This document shows positions 49,677 to 59,382 of a stretch of 59,476 nucleotides of DNA, in pieces (the stretch's first letter is position 1; each line of letters opens with the position of its first letter). Below the pieces are notes generated by a model. It was not told where the DNA came from and made no database searches. It was given only the letters and a program-made list of their open reading frames with translations. The stretch is from a virus (Duplodnaviria; Heunggongvirae; Uroviricota; Caudoviricetes), in IMG/VR virus record IMGVR_UViG_3300029544_000210, positions 84,406 through 143,881 of that record. The stretch is one strand, 5' to 3'. The translations under genes and the position numbers were made by a program.

Positions 49677-50315
49677 GGTGTTCGTACAATTAGTCTGCGA
49701 CTCGCAGGAACTGAAGAAGCGAAAGATGAATTAGCTTCTTTAGGCGAAGATGTAGATGATTTTGTTGTACAAACCAGTTCAAAAACACAGCAAATAATCA
49801 AAGATTATACTGCTGTTGCGTCTAATGCATATCAAGGTGTAGATGTTTTAGATGCTAACGGAAATCTCCGTAATACATATGATATCCTTTTAGACATCGC
49901 CAAGGTCTATAAAGAGATTCAAGAAGAAGATAAAAAGGCTGGAACAAACCGAGCAAATGCTTTAGTAGAGGCTATTGCAGGTAAGAACAGATCCAACATT
50001 GCTTCTAGTATCCTGCTCAACCCAGAAATGTTAGAGTCTGTGTACAATTCTGCACTTGACGCAGACGGAGCGGCAATGAAGGAACTTGACTCTTACATGG
50101 AATCTCTTGATGCCAAGGTAGCACAATTCCAGAATAGACTTCAAGAACTTGAGTCTGACTTGGTAAGCTCTGATTTTCTGAAGGGTATAGTTGATTTTGG
50201 TACAGGAGCAATCCATGTACTAGATCAACTTATTGACAAATTTGGTGTATTACCAACTGTTATCGGTATCGGTGGTGCTGGTACAGGTATCTTTAAATTT
50301 ATTAAGAATTTTGAT
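49677..50315 (+). CDS. tape measure protein, exon 2 (213 codons)
   Basis: GVRTISLRLAG...LRNTYDILLDIA...IAGKNRSN...FIKNFD; no own start; bounded by two splice sites. Confidence 0.85.
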
Positions 50316-50907
50316 TGGGTTTTCAAACCTTATATAAAAACTCTCTCCAACAGTTTTTAGTTGGTCAATCATAGATAAGAGAATAACATAATGGCGTTAC
50401 AATCAAATCTATGGATACATGGGATTCTTAATAAAAACTCTGCAAACACTTTAGCGGAGTATAAACTATTACATGGAGGAGTAAATGCTTGAATGCTTGG
50501 TAGCTTAACAAACTACCCACGGATCACATAACAAACCGTAATCCATATGGTTATATTGGATGAGGTTGCGAAAGCAGAAAAAATTGTATATGTGGATATA
50601 TGAAAATATCGAGGAGACTTGATAGGTGTCTAAGTATCATTAATAACGGGCAACGAGCAGGACGGTACTCTACATTTTTAATGTTGACCATATATAGAAA
50701 TGAAAGGTCATATATAGAGAATAACTATATAAGAGAGCAATCCCCAACGACATACCCATCCTCTAAGTGAGTCATCGCCTTAAGTATGACATTCGCTTAT
50801 AATGCATAGTGTACATTGCGATTTCGGAATTCAGTAATGTATTTGAGTGTGTGTTTAACTCAACTAGAAAATTCCAAAAAATAACTTAAAATTTTTAGTT
50901 CAGAGTA

Positions 50908-50936
50908 TTGACAACTAACTTGCGACATTATATAAT
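50908..50936 (+). promoter_or_regulatory. consensus sigmaA promoter inside intron 2
   Basis: TTGACA-17-TATAAT upstream of 50964 ORF. Confidence 0.8.
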
Positions 50937-50963
50937 TAGACTTGTAATAAAGGAGGTATATAG

Positions 50964-51152
50964 ATGTCAGATGTTAGAGAAGTCTATGTTACTGCCGAGG
51001 TTGCAAAAATATTAGACATTACACCTGCTTATCTTATTAGATTGGCTAAAAATCTTAATCTTAATGAAAGTCAATTTAGAGAAGCTGGAAAACGTAATTA
51101 TCTTTTTAGCAAAGAATCGGTAGAATTAATTAAAGGAAATTTAAAAAGATAA
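50964..51152 (+). CDS. small MerR/excisionase-like HTH protein (intron cargo)
   Basis: VYVTAEVAKILDITPAYLIRLAK...RNYLFSKESVE; AAGGAGGT RBS. Confidence 0.7.
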   Translation: MSDVREVYVTAEVAKILDITPAYLIRLAKNLNLNESQFREAGKRNYLFSKESVELIKGNLKR

Positions 51153-51262
51153 AAGACATCCATCGCTCCGACCAAAGAACAAATGGATGTCTTACATATG
51201 AGATTTCTCTCAATTTCTATTCTACTATACTTTCAAAATTTTATCAAATAAATTTTGGAGGA

Positions 51263-52048
51263 ATGCTTATGAATGAATTAAATTTCATTAAACGATTTGA
51301 AACTATTGATGTGGAATGTTTTAATTTTAATGGTAAAGCATTATTTAATCCATATCACGTTGGAAAATGTTTGGAAATTAGCGACAGTAATGTAAGAAAT
51401 TATCTCGCTAAAATGAACGAAAATCAGGCGGTTATATTAAAAAATTCAGAAGTCCGTAATATGGACTTCCGAAAATTAAATAATCGTGGTGAAAAATTCA
51501 TTACAAAAAGCGGAGTATATAAACTTATTTTTAAGTCACAAACGGATAAGGCAGAAAAATTTCAAGATTGGGTTACTGACGAAGTGTTGCCTTCTATTGA
51601 AATGACTGGTGGTTATATTCCTATTAAAGAAGATGAACCAGATGAATTAATAATGGCAAGAGCTGTCCAGATTGCTAATGAAACAATCAAACACAAAGAT
51701 GAAATTATTGCTAATCAGAAAAAGAGAATTGCATCATTAGAAGAAACTGAAAAAGATTGGAAACTTCTAATGGATACCAAAGGCACTTTTTCGATAAACG
51801 AGATTGCACATTTTATAGGAATTGGCGAATATAGACTCTTCTCTTATATGAGAAATATTGGATTACTTTTCAAGAATGAAAACGGAGACAATGTTCCATA
51901 TGAAAATGTAGTAAATAAAACTAAATTTATATCTGTTCCTGCTATTGCACCTGATGGAACTGCTCATATACAAACACGAGTTAAACCTGAAGGCATCTCT
52001 TACATAACAAAGCTACTTCGTAAATATGGATATTTGGAGGTGGCATAA
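51263..52048 (+). CDS. BRO-N / KilAC phage antirepressor (intron cargo)
   Basis: FITKSGVYKLIFKS...AEKFQDWVTDEVLPSIEMTGGY; C-terminal ANT/KilAC QTRVKPEG. Confidence 0.85.
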   Translation: MLMNELNFIKRFETIDVECFNFNGKALFNPYHVGKCLEISDSNVRNYLAKMNENQAVILKNSEVRNMDFRKLNNRGEKFITKSGVYKLIFKSQTDKAEKFQDWVTDEVLPSIEMTGGYIPIKEDEPDELIMARAVQIANETIKHKDEIIANQKKRIASLEETEKDWKLLMDTKGTFSINEIAHFIGIGEYRLFSYMRNIGLLFKNENGDNVPYENVVNKTKFISVPAIAPDGTAHIQTRVKPEGISYITKLLRKYGYLEVA

Positions 52049-52221
52049 TGAAATACATAAAGCTTATAGCATTAAAAGTTAATGACTTCTCTTCTACTAT
52101 TTTCTTTGAAAATAATTATAAATTAAGTGATAAGGAAATATTAGAAGTTGATAAGAAATGTTGTGAAAATGACGGATGCACTTGTGTTATATTACATATA
52201 AATAGTAACATTCAAGCATAA
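52048..52221 (+). CDS. small hypothetical protein (intron cargo)
   Basis: MKYIKLIALKVNDFSSTIFFE...; TAATG coupling and GGAGGTG RBS. Confidence 0.5.
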   Translation: MKYIKLIALKVNDFSSTIFFENNYKLSDKEILEVDKKCCENDGCTCVILHINSNIQA

Positions 52222-52307
52222 TTCGCAACAGAGAATAACAAAATAGGACTGTCGTGAGACAGCCCTACTGATGAAATAAAGGAGAATAAATATATAAATG
52301 AAGAACA

Positions 52308-52493
52308 TTAATGATGAAGATTGATATTGATATCCTTAGAAGTCATTTCTGCTAAACTTCCAGTTTTGGAATCACTGTAGTCTTTGCAGATTTTTGCAAT
52401 GTAACATTTGCCAACGATTGAAGCTATGTGGCATATTACATAACATATTCCAAGAATTATTGAACCGATTATCTCGGCATATAATATATTCAA
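52308..52493 (-). CDS. small membrane protein (intron cargo, antisense)
   Basis: IIGSIILGICYVICHIASIVG TM; GGGAGGTG RBS. Confidence 0.6.
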   Translation of the reverse strand: MNILYAEIIGSIILGICYVICHIASIVGKCYIAKICKDYSDSKTGSLAEMTSKDININLHH

Positions 52494-52710
52494 TATGTAT
52501 TTTCACCTCCCTTCTTAGTAAGAATATAAATAAGTAGGGAATATTCTTTTAGCCCAGAATGGGCAGATATTTATTCCGAATGCCACAAAAATAGACATTG
52601 GGACAACCTTCGGTTATAGAGTGTTATGGCACACATCTATGTTGTTTCTCCAATGTCTATATTTTACCATTGTACAAAACTAAATACAATCCAGAACAGC
52701 AGTTTGTATT

Positions 52711-52887
52711 TTATAAAACAATGTGTTTCGATATATATTCTTTTCTTTCAACTTCATTCATTGAGAAGAATTCTTCAAAATCAATATCGAGTTTTATGCA
52801 ATTACAATTGCATACTCGGCATACATTTGTAAGATAATGTGTATATGTAACTCTGTGACAATTTGGACAATAATGAATTTTTAGCAT
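52711..52887 (-). CDS. small zinc-ribbon protein (intron cargo, antisense)
   Basis: MLKIHYCPNCHRV...CRVCN...; AAGAG RBS. Confidence 0.5.
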   Translation of the reverse strand: MLKIHYCPNCHRVTYTHYLTNVCRVCNCNCIKLDIDFEEFFSMNEVERKEYISKHIVL

Positions 52888-52962
52888 AATTGACTACTCT
52901 TTTATTATATCTATTTATTTGGACGGAATAACCTAAATTATTATGATGTGAGGTATAAAATA

Positions 52963-53103
52963 ATGACAAATTTAAATATTAAAATTAAAATCAACGAATT
53001 AGAGGAATTAAAACCAGCTATTGAATATATAAAGGCTCTTGATCTTAATAAAATACCCGAACTCAATACAGAAGTGATAATTGAATTCGGGTATGGTAAT
53101 TAA
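52963..53103 (+). CDS. small hypothetical protein (intron cargo)
   Basis: MTNLNIKIKINELEELKPAIEYIK...; GAGGT RBS. Confidence 0.5.
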   Translation: MTNLNIKIKINELEELKPAIEYIKALDLNKIPELNTEVIIEFGYGN

Positions 53104-53327
53104 TTTTCTTTTACCACTTCTATAACTGAAATTTCTGACCTAGCGATGGTAAATGCATTATTCTCAGAATATAAATGTAAATCATATCCCGTAGAGTATT
53201 GATGATTGAATATTTCATCACCTTCAAGAGTATGTTCGGATATACCCTTATGTCCATAATATACTTTTTTGATATGTTCATACTCTTGAACTTTACCATC
53301 TTTGTTTTTAATTTTAAATGTGTACAT
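53100..53327 (-). CDS. hypothetical protein (intron cargo, antisense)
   Basis: ORF track; GGAGGAG RBS. Confidence 0.65.
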   Translation of the reverse strand: MYTFKIKNKDGKVQEYEHIKKVYYGHKGISEHTLEGDEIFNHQYSTGYDLHLYSENNAFTIARSEISVIEVVKEN

Positions 53328-53408
53328 TGTGATACTCCTCCGTAATTTGATAACACCATCATACTACTTTGAGGAATATTTTACCATTCGGAACATTAGT
53401 TCCCATTC

Positions 53409-53819
53409 TTAAAAATCACTCTTACAATTATTACAGTGCCATTGTTTTTTAACCTTTTGTGAGAATATACCGAACATTGCTACTGATGTCGCTTTTGATA
53501 CTCCTGATATTTTCTTACAATTTGTTGAATTACAATATGGACAATGAACCTTGTTTAATAACTCCTGTGCTTGTGCGTTGGCTTGGGCGATTTGCTGTGG
53601 GGTAAGGTCGGGAATCGCAGGATTGTTTTCTTTAGTTCCATATTGTTTACTTAATTCACACCATAGTTGTTGAGCATCGTCATCTGAACAATTTGTTAAT
53701 TCTTGAATAAACTTCATTCCTTTTAATGTTTGATTTTGAGCAATTATCATCAACATTTTTGTTGCTTCCGTGCTTTCAATTTGATTATCAAAATAATATT
53801 TTGCTTCTTCGTAATTCAT
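53409..53819 (-). CDS. protein with C-terminal zinc ribbon and hydrophobic hairpin (intron cargo, antisense)
   Basis: VHCPYCNSTNCKKIS...AMFGIFS...WHCNNCKSDF; AAGGGG RBS; TGATATAAT -10 just inside the 3' splice site. Confidence 0.7.
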   Translation of the reverse strand: MNYEEAKYYFDNQIESTEATKMLMIIAQNQTLKGMKFIQELTNCSDDDAQQLWCELSKQYGTKENNPAIPDLTPQQIAQANAQAQELLNKVHCPYCNSTNCKKISGVSKATSVAMFGIFSQKVKKQWHCNNCKSDF

Positions 53820-53867
53820 AATAAACCCCTTTTTTGTTTTTATTATATCAGACAACACATAAATACG

Positions 53868-56800
53868 CAATTAAAGACTGTTGGAGAGTCTGTTAGCGTT
53901 ATATCAAAACTTGAAGAAGCTTTAAAAGAAATAGACAATATTGGTACTGTTGGTATGCCTAGAATGGCACAGGTAAACAGATTGTTAAAAGAAACTTTTG
54001 CTGACTGTTCCATTGAAGCTGCAAAAATGGCAATTTCGCAAAGTACATTAAATAAAGAGCAAATAGAATTGATTTTATCCTCAAAAGGTCTTACAGGTAA
54101 TATTCTTGAAACTACTACTGCTGAACTTGCTAATACTACTGCTACTAATGCTATGGCTGCGACTGAGGGTACTGCTACTACTGCCACTGTTGGATTTGGT
54201 ACGGCTATCAAAGGTCTTGGTGCATCATTAAAAGCACTTGCAGTTGCACATCCGATATTACTTGCTATAACAGTAACTTTAGGTGCTATTGCAGGAGCAG
54301 TTAAGATAGTAGATGCGTTAACAACATCTATGAAAAAACAGCGTGAAGCATTTGAAAATGCACAACAGGACTATACGGATGCTTGTACAAAGCTTGATGA
54401 GTTAAAAAATAAGCTATCAGAGACTACAAGTAGAATAGCTGAATTAATCGAAAAGTCTAATAATGGTACTATTACATTAGTAGAACAGGCTGAACTTGAT
54501 AAGTTGAAACTTACTAATGAAGAGTTAAGACTTATGATACAGAACCAGGAAGAGGTTAAAAAGCAGAAAGCAAAAGAAGCCTCTGACGAAGCATATAAAA
54601 CATACACAAGAGAAAATCGCATGGAAACTGACGATACTGCTAGTAAACAGGAACAGTATTATCAAGCATCAAGTGATGCAGATGGTTTCCACGTTGGTTC
54701 ATTCTTGGATAGAGCGAGTGAATTATCTGATTTTGATTATGCTATTAAAGCTAATGAACAGAAATTAGAGGAATTCCAGAAACAGAATGAAGAATTACAG
54801 GCACAATTAAATGCTACTTCTGATGAAAGTCTTAAAGCTCAATACCAACATAGTATTGACCTCAATAACAATCTTATATCTAATTATACAAATTCCAATG
54901 AAAAGTTAAAAGAATCTGCTGAAAAGATGGCAGAGGAAACCTTCTCAGATAAGATAGAGAAGTATGAAGCATTCAAGCAGACATTGATGAATTCTATGAA
55001 TTCTGATGGTACATTTGACAATCCACAATATCAAGCTATGTGGGATGATATGCAGAAGAAGGAAATGGACTTATACCGATATACTGGTAGGTCTGCTGAA
55101 TGGAATACAGTTAAACTAGATTCTATTATAGATGATAAAAGTTATCAGGCAATAGTTGATAAGCTTAAAACAGCACTTAATGAAGGTACTCTTACTGAGG
55201 ATGATATTAAGGGGATTGATGTTCTTAATGATAAGCTGAATGATACTGATTTAATCTTAGAAGATGGACAATCAGCAGCAGATGTATTTATTAAGTATCT
55301 TAATAAGCTTAAAGAAACTGGAACTGATGCTGCACAATCTATATCTGGTGCATTTACTGACTTAACTTCTCTTCTCACAGAATCAGATGATAAGTCACAA
55401 ACAGCCAATCTTGCAGACCTTCAATCAGAAGCAGACCTATTATCTACAATCCAAAAAGAATTAGATGATAATGGACGTATAGGTGTATCATCTATGCAAA
55501 GCATTATCAAGAAATATCCAGAAGCAAAGGCAGCACTTTCGGATTATATGCAAGGCATAATATCTGAACAAGAGTTATTTTCACAGCTTGAAACTGTCTA
55601 TGAGAATGACAAAAATCAGTACATACAATCTGTAGTAGATAAGTCACAGACTGATGAAGAATTCTTCAATGCAGTTATGACTAATTACCCAGAGTTATAT
55701 AATGAACTTTCTAGTTTGTATGGCAATGACGTTGATAACTGGTCAAATATGGAACAGGCTAAGCTGGAAATTACCAATAAAGCTATTAAGGAATTAGCAG
55801 GTGTCTGGTCTGACTATTTCAAAGTTGTTCAGGATGCAAATGGTAAATTGATGGTACAGACAACTGGCTGGTATGATGCAGGTATGTATTCGGCAGATCC
55901 AGATGAAGTAGAAGCTATGGATGAAGAATACAACAATATGTACAACCATTTCCAAAGTATTGTTGATGGTGCTAATGCTGCGGTAGATGCTTTAGATAAT
56001 TATAGCTTTAAACAGGTTAGTTCAAGTATCAACCTTGATTGGAAAGGATTGGGTAAAGATTCCTCATCTTCATCTAGTGGAAGTGATTCATCTTCATCAT
56101 CTGAGCCATCGCCACAGGACTTCAACTGGGTAGAACGTCTCTTATCCAAAATTTCCAAAGCATATGACCGTTTAAAGAATAAAGTATCTGATACAACACG
56201 TACATGGCTTAATCGTAATAATGCCCTCTCCGATTCAATGGAAACATTGTTATCAGAGATTAACGCACAATCAGATGCTTATGATTTTTATATGGATAGA
56301 TTTAATTCATATGACTTAAGCGATTATTACAAAGATCAGATTGCAAATGGCTCATTTAATATAGAAATTATTTATGATGATGACCTTAAAGATGCAATTT
56401 CAGATTGCCAGGATTTATATGATAAGGCTCAAGATGCTGCTGATGCTGTACAATCATTAAACATAGAGATAAGACAGCTTGCTAAGAGTAGATTTGATAA
56501 TATTCAATCACAGTTTGAAGAAGTTCTTGGGAAAGTAAATTCTATTAAGGATTTATATAGCAAGGATAATGACCTCTTAGAAGAACAGGGCTGGTTTGCT
56601 TCTACTCTGCTTAATAATTCTATGATTGAACAAGAACAGAAGAATCTTGAAAAGCTTGAACAGGAAAGAGATGCACTTACAAAGGCACTTAATTCTGCTA
56701 TGGCATCTGGTAAAATTGAAGCTGAATCTGAGGATTGGTATTCTATGCAGTCTGCCATAGATGATTGTACTTCAAGTATATATGATGCTAAAAAGGCATT

Positions 56801-58568
56801 AGTTGAGTATGATAATGCTATCAGACAGATTAATTGGGATGCTTTCGATAGGACTAGAGATGATGTCAGTAACCTTATAGACGAAACTCAGTTCCTTGTT
56901 GACTTACTAAAGGATGAAGATATTACTGATGATAATGGTAATATGAATGACAATGGTAAGGCTGCACAAGCATTAATTGCACAGAAGTATCAATTATATC
57001 TTAATCAGGCTAAAGCTTATAAGGATGAGATACTTAAGATTAATGAAGAGTTAGCTAATGATCCTTATGATAAGGAGTTGCTTGATAGAAAACAGGAACT
57101 TATTAATGCTCAACAGGAGGCTATTAATTCAAGTATATCTGAAAAGGATGCCCTTAAGGACTTGGTTCAAGAGGGCTATGATACATTTCTTGATAAGCTT
57201 GATGAAGTTATACAAAAGTACAAAGATCTTATGAATCAGCAAAAGGATGCTTATGATTATGAGAAATCTATAGCTGAGAAAACAAAAGCTCTTAACGCTT
57301 TAGAAAAACAATACTCTGCCGTTCAAGGAGATAATTCTGAGGAAGGTAAGAAGAATATCCAGCAGCTTAAAGATCAGATTAATACTGCCAAAGATGATTT
57401 GAAAGATACTGAGTATGAAAAGCTTATAAGCGATACTCAAGCTATCCTTGATAATCTTGCCGATACTACAAAAACGTGGCTTGATGAGCGACTTGATTCA
57501 TTTGATATAACTATGCAGGAAATTATTGACCAGTCTAATGAAAATGCTTCTAATATCTCACAGACTATCACTGATACTGCTGAGAACTATGGTTATAAGC
57601 TTAGTGAATCTATGTCAAATATATGGAGTACAAACGCTAGTAATATAACAAATGGTATTAATAGTGTATTAGGTGACTTCAGTAACAAGTTTGTTGAAGG
57701 CAACAACGCTATTAATAAGGTTTGTGGTGACATTAATGCTGCTGTACAAGGTTTATTGAAGAATAGTAATGATGAAGCACAAAGAGTTGCTGATGAGATT
57801 GCTAGACAGCAGGCAGAACAGAATGCTAATACCGATGGTGGTTATTCTGATGGCGGTAGTTCGTCTGGTGGTGATGATTGGTCTGATAATTGGGATAACT
57901 CTGATAGTGGCTCATCTGATGATGGTGGTGGCTCTTGGGGTGATTGGTTCTATCATTTGGAAGACGATTATCCGAAGGACTTACTTGAAATTGATACAAG
58001 TATTGTAGACCGTTTAAAATATAATGATATAGACAGTTCATTTGGTGCAAGAGCTGATTACTACTCTGCTATGGGTGGTGACGGAGAATATTATGGTAGT
58101 TCAGATCAGAATATTTGGATGTTAGACCAGCTCAAATCTCATGGCTATAAAAATGGTACTAAATCAGCAATAGCAGGTATACACCGCACAGATGAGCAAG
58201 GTCTTGGTTCAGAAGTTATCTTCTCTAAGAAATATGGTACTCTTCGTAAATTAGATGCTGGCGATATGGTATTTAATGCAGACCAAGTTGAAAAGCTTTG
58301 GAATCTTTCTAAGGGTATTACTGCTCCAAATATGTATATGGATAATTTGGGTGCTAAGTTACCAGATATTCCTAATATATCGAATAACTTGGCTAATAAG
58401 GTTGATGTAGAATTTGGAGATGTCACATTATCATTACCAAATGTTCACAATTATGAAGACTTTATGAAACAAGCACAACAAGATCCTAAATTTGAAAAGA
58501 TGGTTCAGAATATGACTCTTGGACAGACTTTAGGTAGAAATTCACTTAGTAAACTGACCTTTAGATAA
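53868..58568 (+). CDS. tape measure protein, exon 3 (1566 aa)
   Basis: Coiled-coil with TM segment, DFNWVER, HGYKNGTK...DEQGLGSEV tape-measure C-terminus; no credible RBS/start, begins after intron terminal G. Confidence 0.85.
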   Translation, partial: QLKTVGESVSVISKLEEALKEIDNIGTVGMPRMAQVNRLLKETFADCSIEAAKMAISQSTLNKEQIELILSSKGLTGNILETTTAELANTTATNAMAATEGTATTATVGFGTAIKGLGASLKALAVAHPILLAITVTLGAIAGAVKIVDALTTSMKKQREAFENAQQDYTDACTKLDELKNKLSETTSRIAELIEKSNNGTITLVEQAELDKLKLTNEELRLMIQNQEEVKKQKAKEASDEAYKTYTRENRMETDDTASKQEQYYQASSDADGFHVGSFLDRASELSDFDYAIKANEQKLEEFQKQNEELQAQLNATSDESLKAQYQHSIDLNNNLISNYTNSNEKLKESAEKMAEETFSDKIEKYEAFKQTLMNSMNSDGTFDNPQYQAMWDDMQKKEMDLYRYTGRSAEWNTVKLDSIIDDKSYQAIVDKLKTALNEGTLTEDDIKGIDVLNDKLNDTDLILEDGQSAADVFIKYLNKLKETGTDAAQSISGAFTDLTSLLTESDDKSQTANLADLQSEADLLSTIQKELDDNGRIGVSSMQSIIKKYPEAKAALSDYMQGIISEQELFSQLETVYENDKNQYIQSVVDKSQTDEEFFNAVMTNYPELYNELSSLYGNDVDNWSNMEQAKLEITNKAIKELAGVWSDYFKVVQDANGKLMVQTTGWYDAGMYSADPDEVEAMDEEYNNMYNHFQSIVDGANAAVDALDNYSFKQVSSSINLDWKGLGKDSSSSSSGSDSSSSSEPSPQDFNWVERLLSKISKAYDRLKNKVSDTTRTWLNRNNALSDSMETLLSEINAQSDAYDFYMDRFNSYDLSDYYKDQIANGSFNIEIIYDDDLKDAISDCQDLYDKAQDAADAVQSLNIEIRQLAKSRFDNIQSQFEEVLGKVNSIKDLYSKDNDLLEEQGWFASTLLNNSMIEQEQKNLEKLEQERDALTKALNSAMASGKIEAESEDWYSMQSAIDDCTSSIYDAKKALVEYDNAIRQINWDAFDRTRDDVSNLIDETQFLVDLLKDEDITDDNGNMNDNGKAAQALIAQKYQLYLNQAKAYKDEILKINEELANDPYDKELLDRKQELINAQQEAINSSISEKDALKDLVQEGYDTFLDKLDEVIQKYKDLMNQQKDAYDYEKSIAEKTKALNALEKQYSAVQGDNSEEGKKNIQQLKDQINTAKDDLKDTEYEKLISDTQAILDNLADTTKTWLDERLDSFDITMQEIIDQSNENASNISQTITDTAENYGYKLSESMSNIWSTNASNITNGINSVLGDFSNKFVEGNNAINKVCGDINAAVQGLLKNSNDEAQRVADEIARQQAEQNANTDGGYSDGGSSSGGDDWSDNWDNSDSGSSDDGGGSWGDWFYHLEDDYPKDLLEIDTSIVDRLKYNDIDSSFGARADYYSAMGGDGEYYGSSDQNIWMLDQLKSHGYKNGTKSAIAGIHRTDEQGLGSEVIFSKKYGTLRKLDAGDMVFNADQVEKLWNLSKGITAPNMYMDNLGAKLPDIPNISNNLANKVDVEFGDVTLSLPNVHNYEDFMKQAQQDPKFEKMVQNMTLGQTLGRNSLSKLTFR

Positions 58569-58710
58569 GGTTTATGGGCGTACTGACATTGTGTTGGTAT
58601 GCCCGTGATATTGATTAATAAATCAGATTTACGAATGTATGTTTCTGTGGTATTCTGTCGATTATTGGTATATAATATTGTATTGTATATTGATAATTGG
58701 GGGATATATT

Positions 58711-59382
58711 ATGAGTATAATACAAGCTGTAATAACAGATAATTTTTGTTTAATGTCAGGCGATAGTCGTGCAACATATAGTAACAATAATACGTGTAGA
58801 AGTGGCTTTAATAAGGTGATTAAATTAAATAATCAAATATTATTCGGGGTTACGGGAAATCCAATACATTGTTTTAAATTATTTGATGGCTATTGTTTTT
58901 ATGATACAAAAAAGGGATTTGTAAATTCAGATAAAGAGTTTGATGATCTATCCTATATAGAATTTATAGGTATTATTACATCAAAATTTTATAAAATGCT
59001 TAAAGAACATATAGAAGGAATTAGCAAATATGAATTTGGAGTTATAATATGTGGATATAATGGTAAACGATTTGAAATAACAAGTTTTTCTATTGGTTCT
59101 AAATTTGGAGTTCCCAATGGAATAAATATAATACATAAAGCAGATGATTTTCCATATAAATGCGCAATGGTAGGATTACCAAAACATATTAATAAATTCG
59201 AGATTTTAACAAATGAATTACATGAAAAATATTTATCTGAAAATTTTTCAATTAGACAATTTAAAAATATAATGCAAGAAGTGGTGGATGATGGTTCGAA
59301 ATTTGATTATACAATAGATAATAAATTAAATTTTGAAACCATTAGGAAATTAAATAAAAATGATGATATTATTTTCAAATGA
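58711..59382 (+). CDS. Ntn-hydrolase / proteasome beta-subunit-like protein (moron)
   Basis: M-S-IIQAV...MSGDSRAT...NKVIKLNNQILFGVTG matches the HslV/beta-subunit N-terminal pattern with Ser1; own TGGTATAAT -10 and GGGGG RBS. Confidence 0.55.
   Translation: MSIIQAVITDNFCLMSGDSRATYSNNNTCRSGFNKVIKLNNQILFGVTGNPIHCFKLFDGYCFYDTKKGFVNSDKEFDDLSYIEFIGIITSKFYKMLKEHIEGISKYEFGVIICGYNGKRFEITSFSIGSKFGVPNGINIIHKADDFPYKCAMVGLPKHINKFEILTNELHEKYLSENFSIRQFKNIMQEVVDDGSKFDYTIDNKLNFETIRKLNKNDDIIFK

Larger units (their letters stand above)
50316..53867 (+). mobile_element. group I intron 2 (3552 nt) carrying multiple cargo genes
   Basis: P1 UUGAU/GUCAA with U.G; 21-bp P10 (50343-50363 with 53868-53888); P4 UGCUUG/CGAGCA; R-like CCAACGACAUA; P8 UACAUUGC/GUAAUGUA; terminal G53867; in-frame join FIKNFD-QLKTVGE. 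Confidence 0.8.

Noticed and set aside
53730..53867. N-terminal 46 aa of the 1612-aa ORF as a real start
   Set aside because: Antisense to the 53409-53819 gene, no RBS, junk composition; better explained as intron sequence before the 3' splice site
54371..58426. Minus-strand shadow ORFs over tape measure and other long genes
   Set aside because: Antisense frames of strongly coding genes with no RBS or motifs
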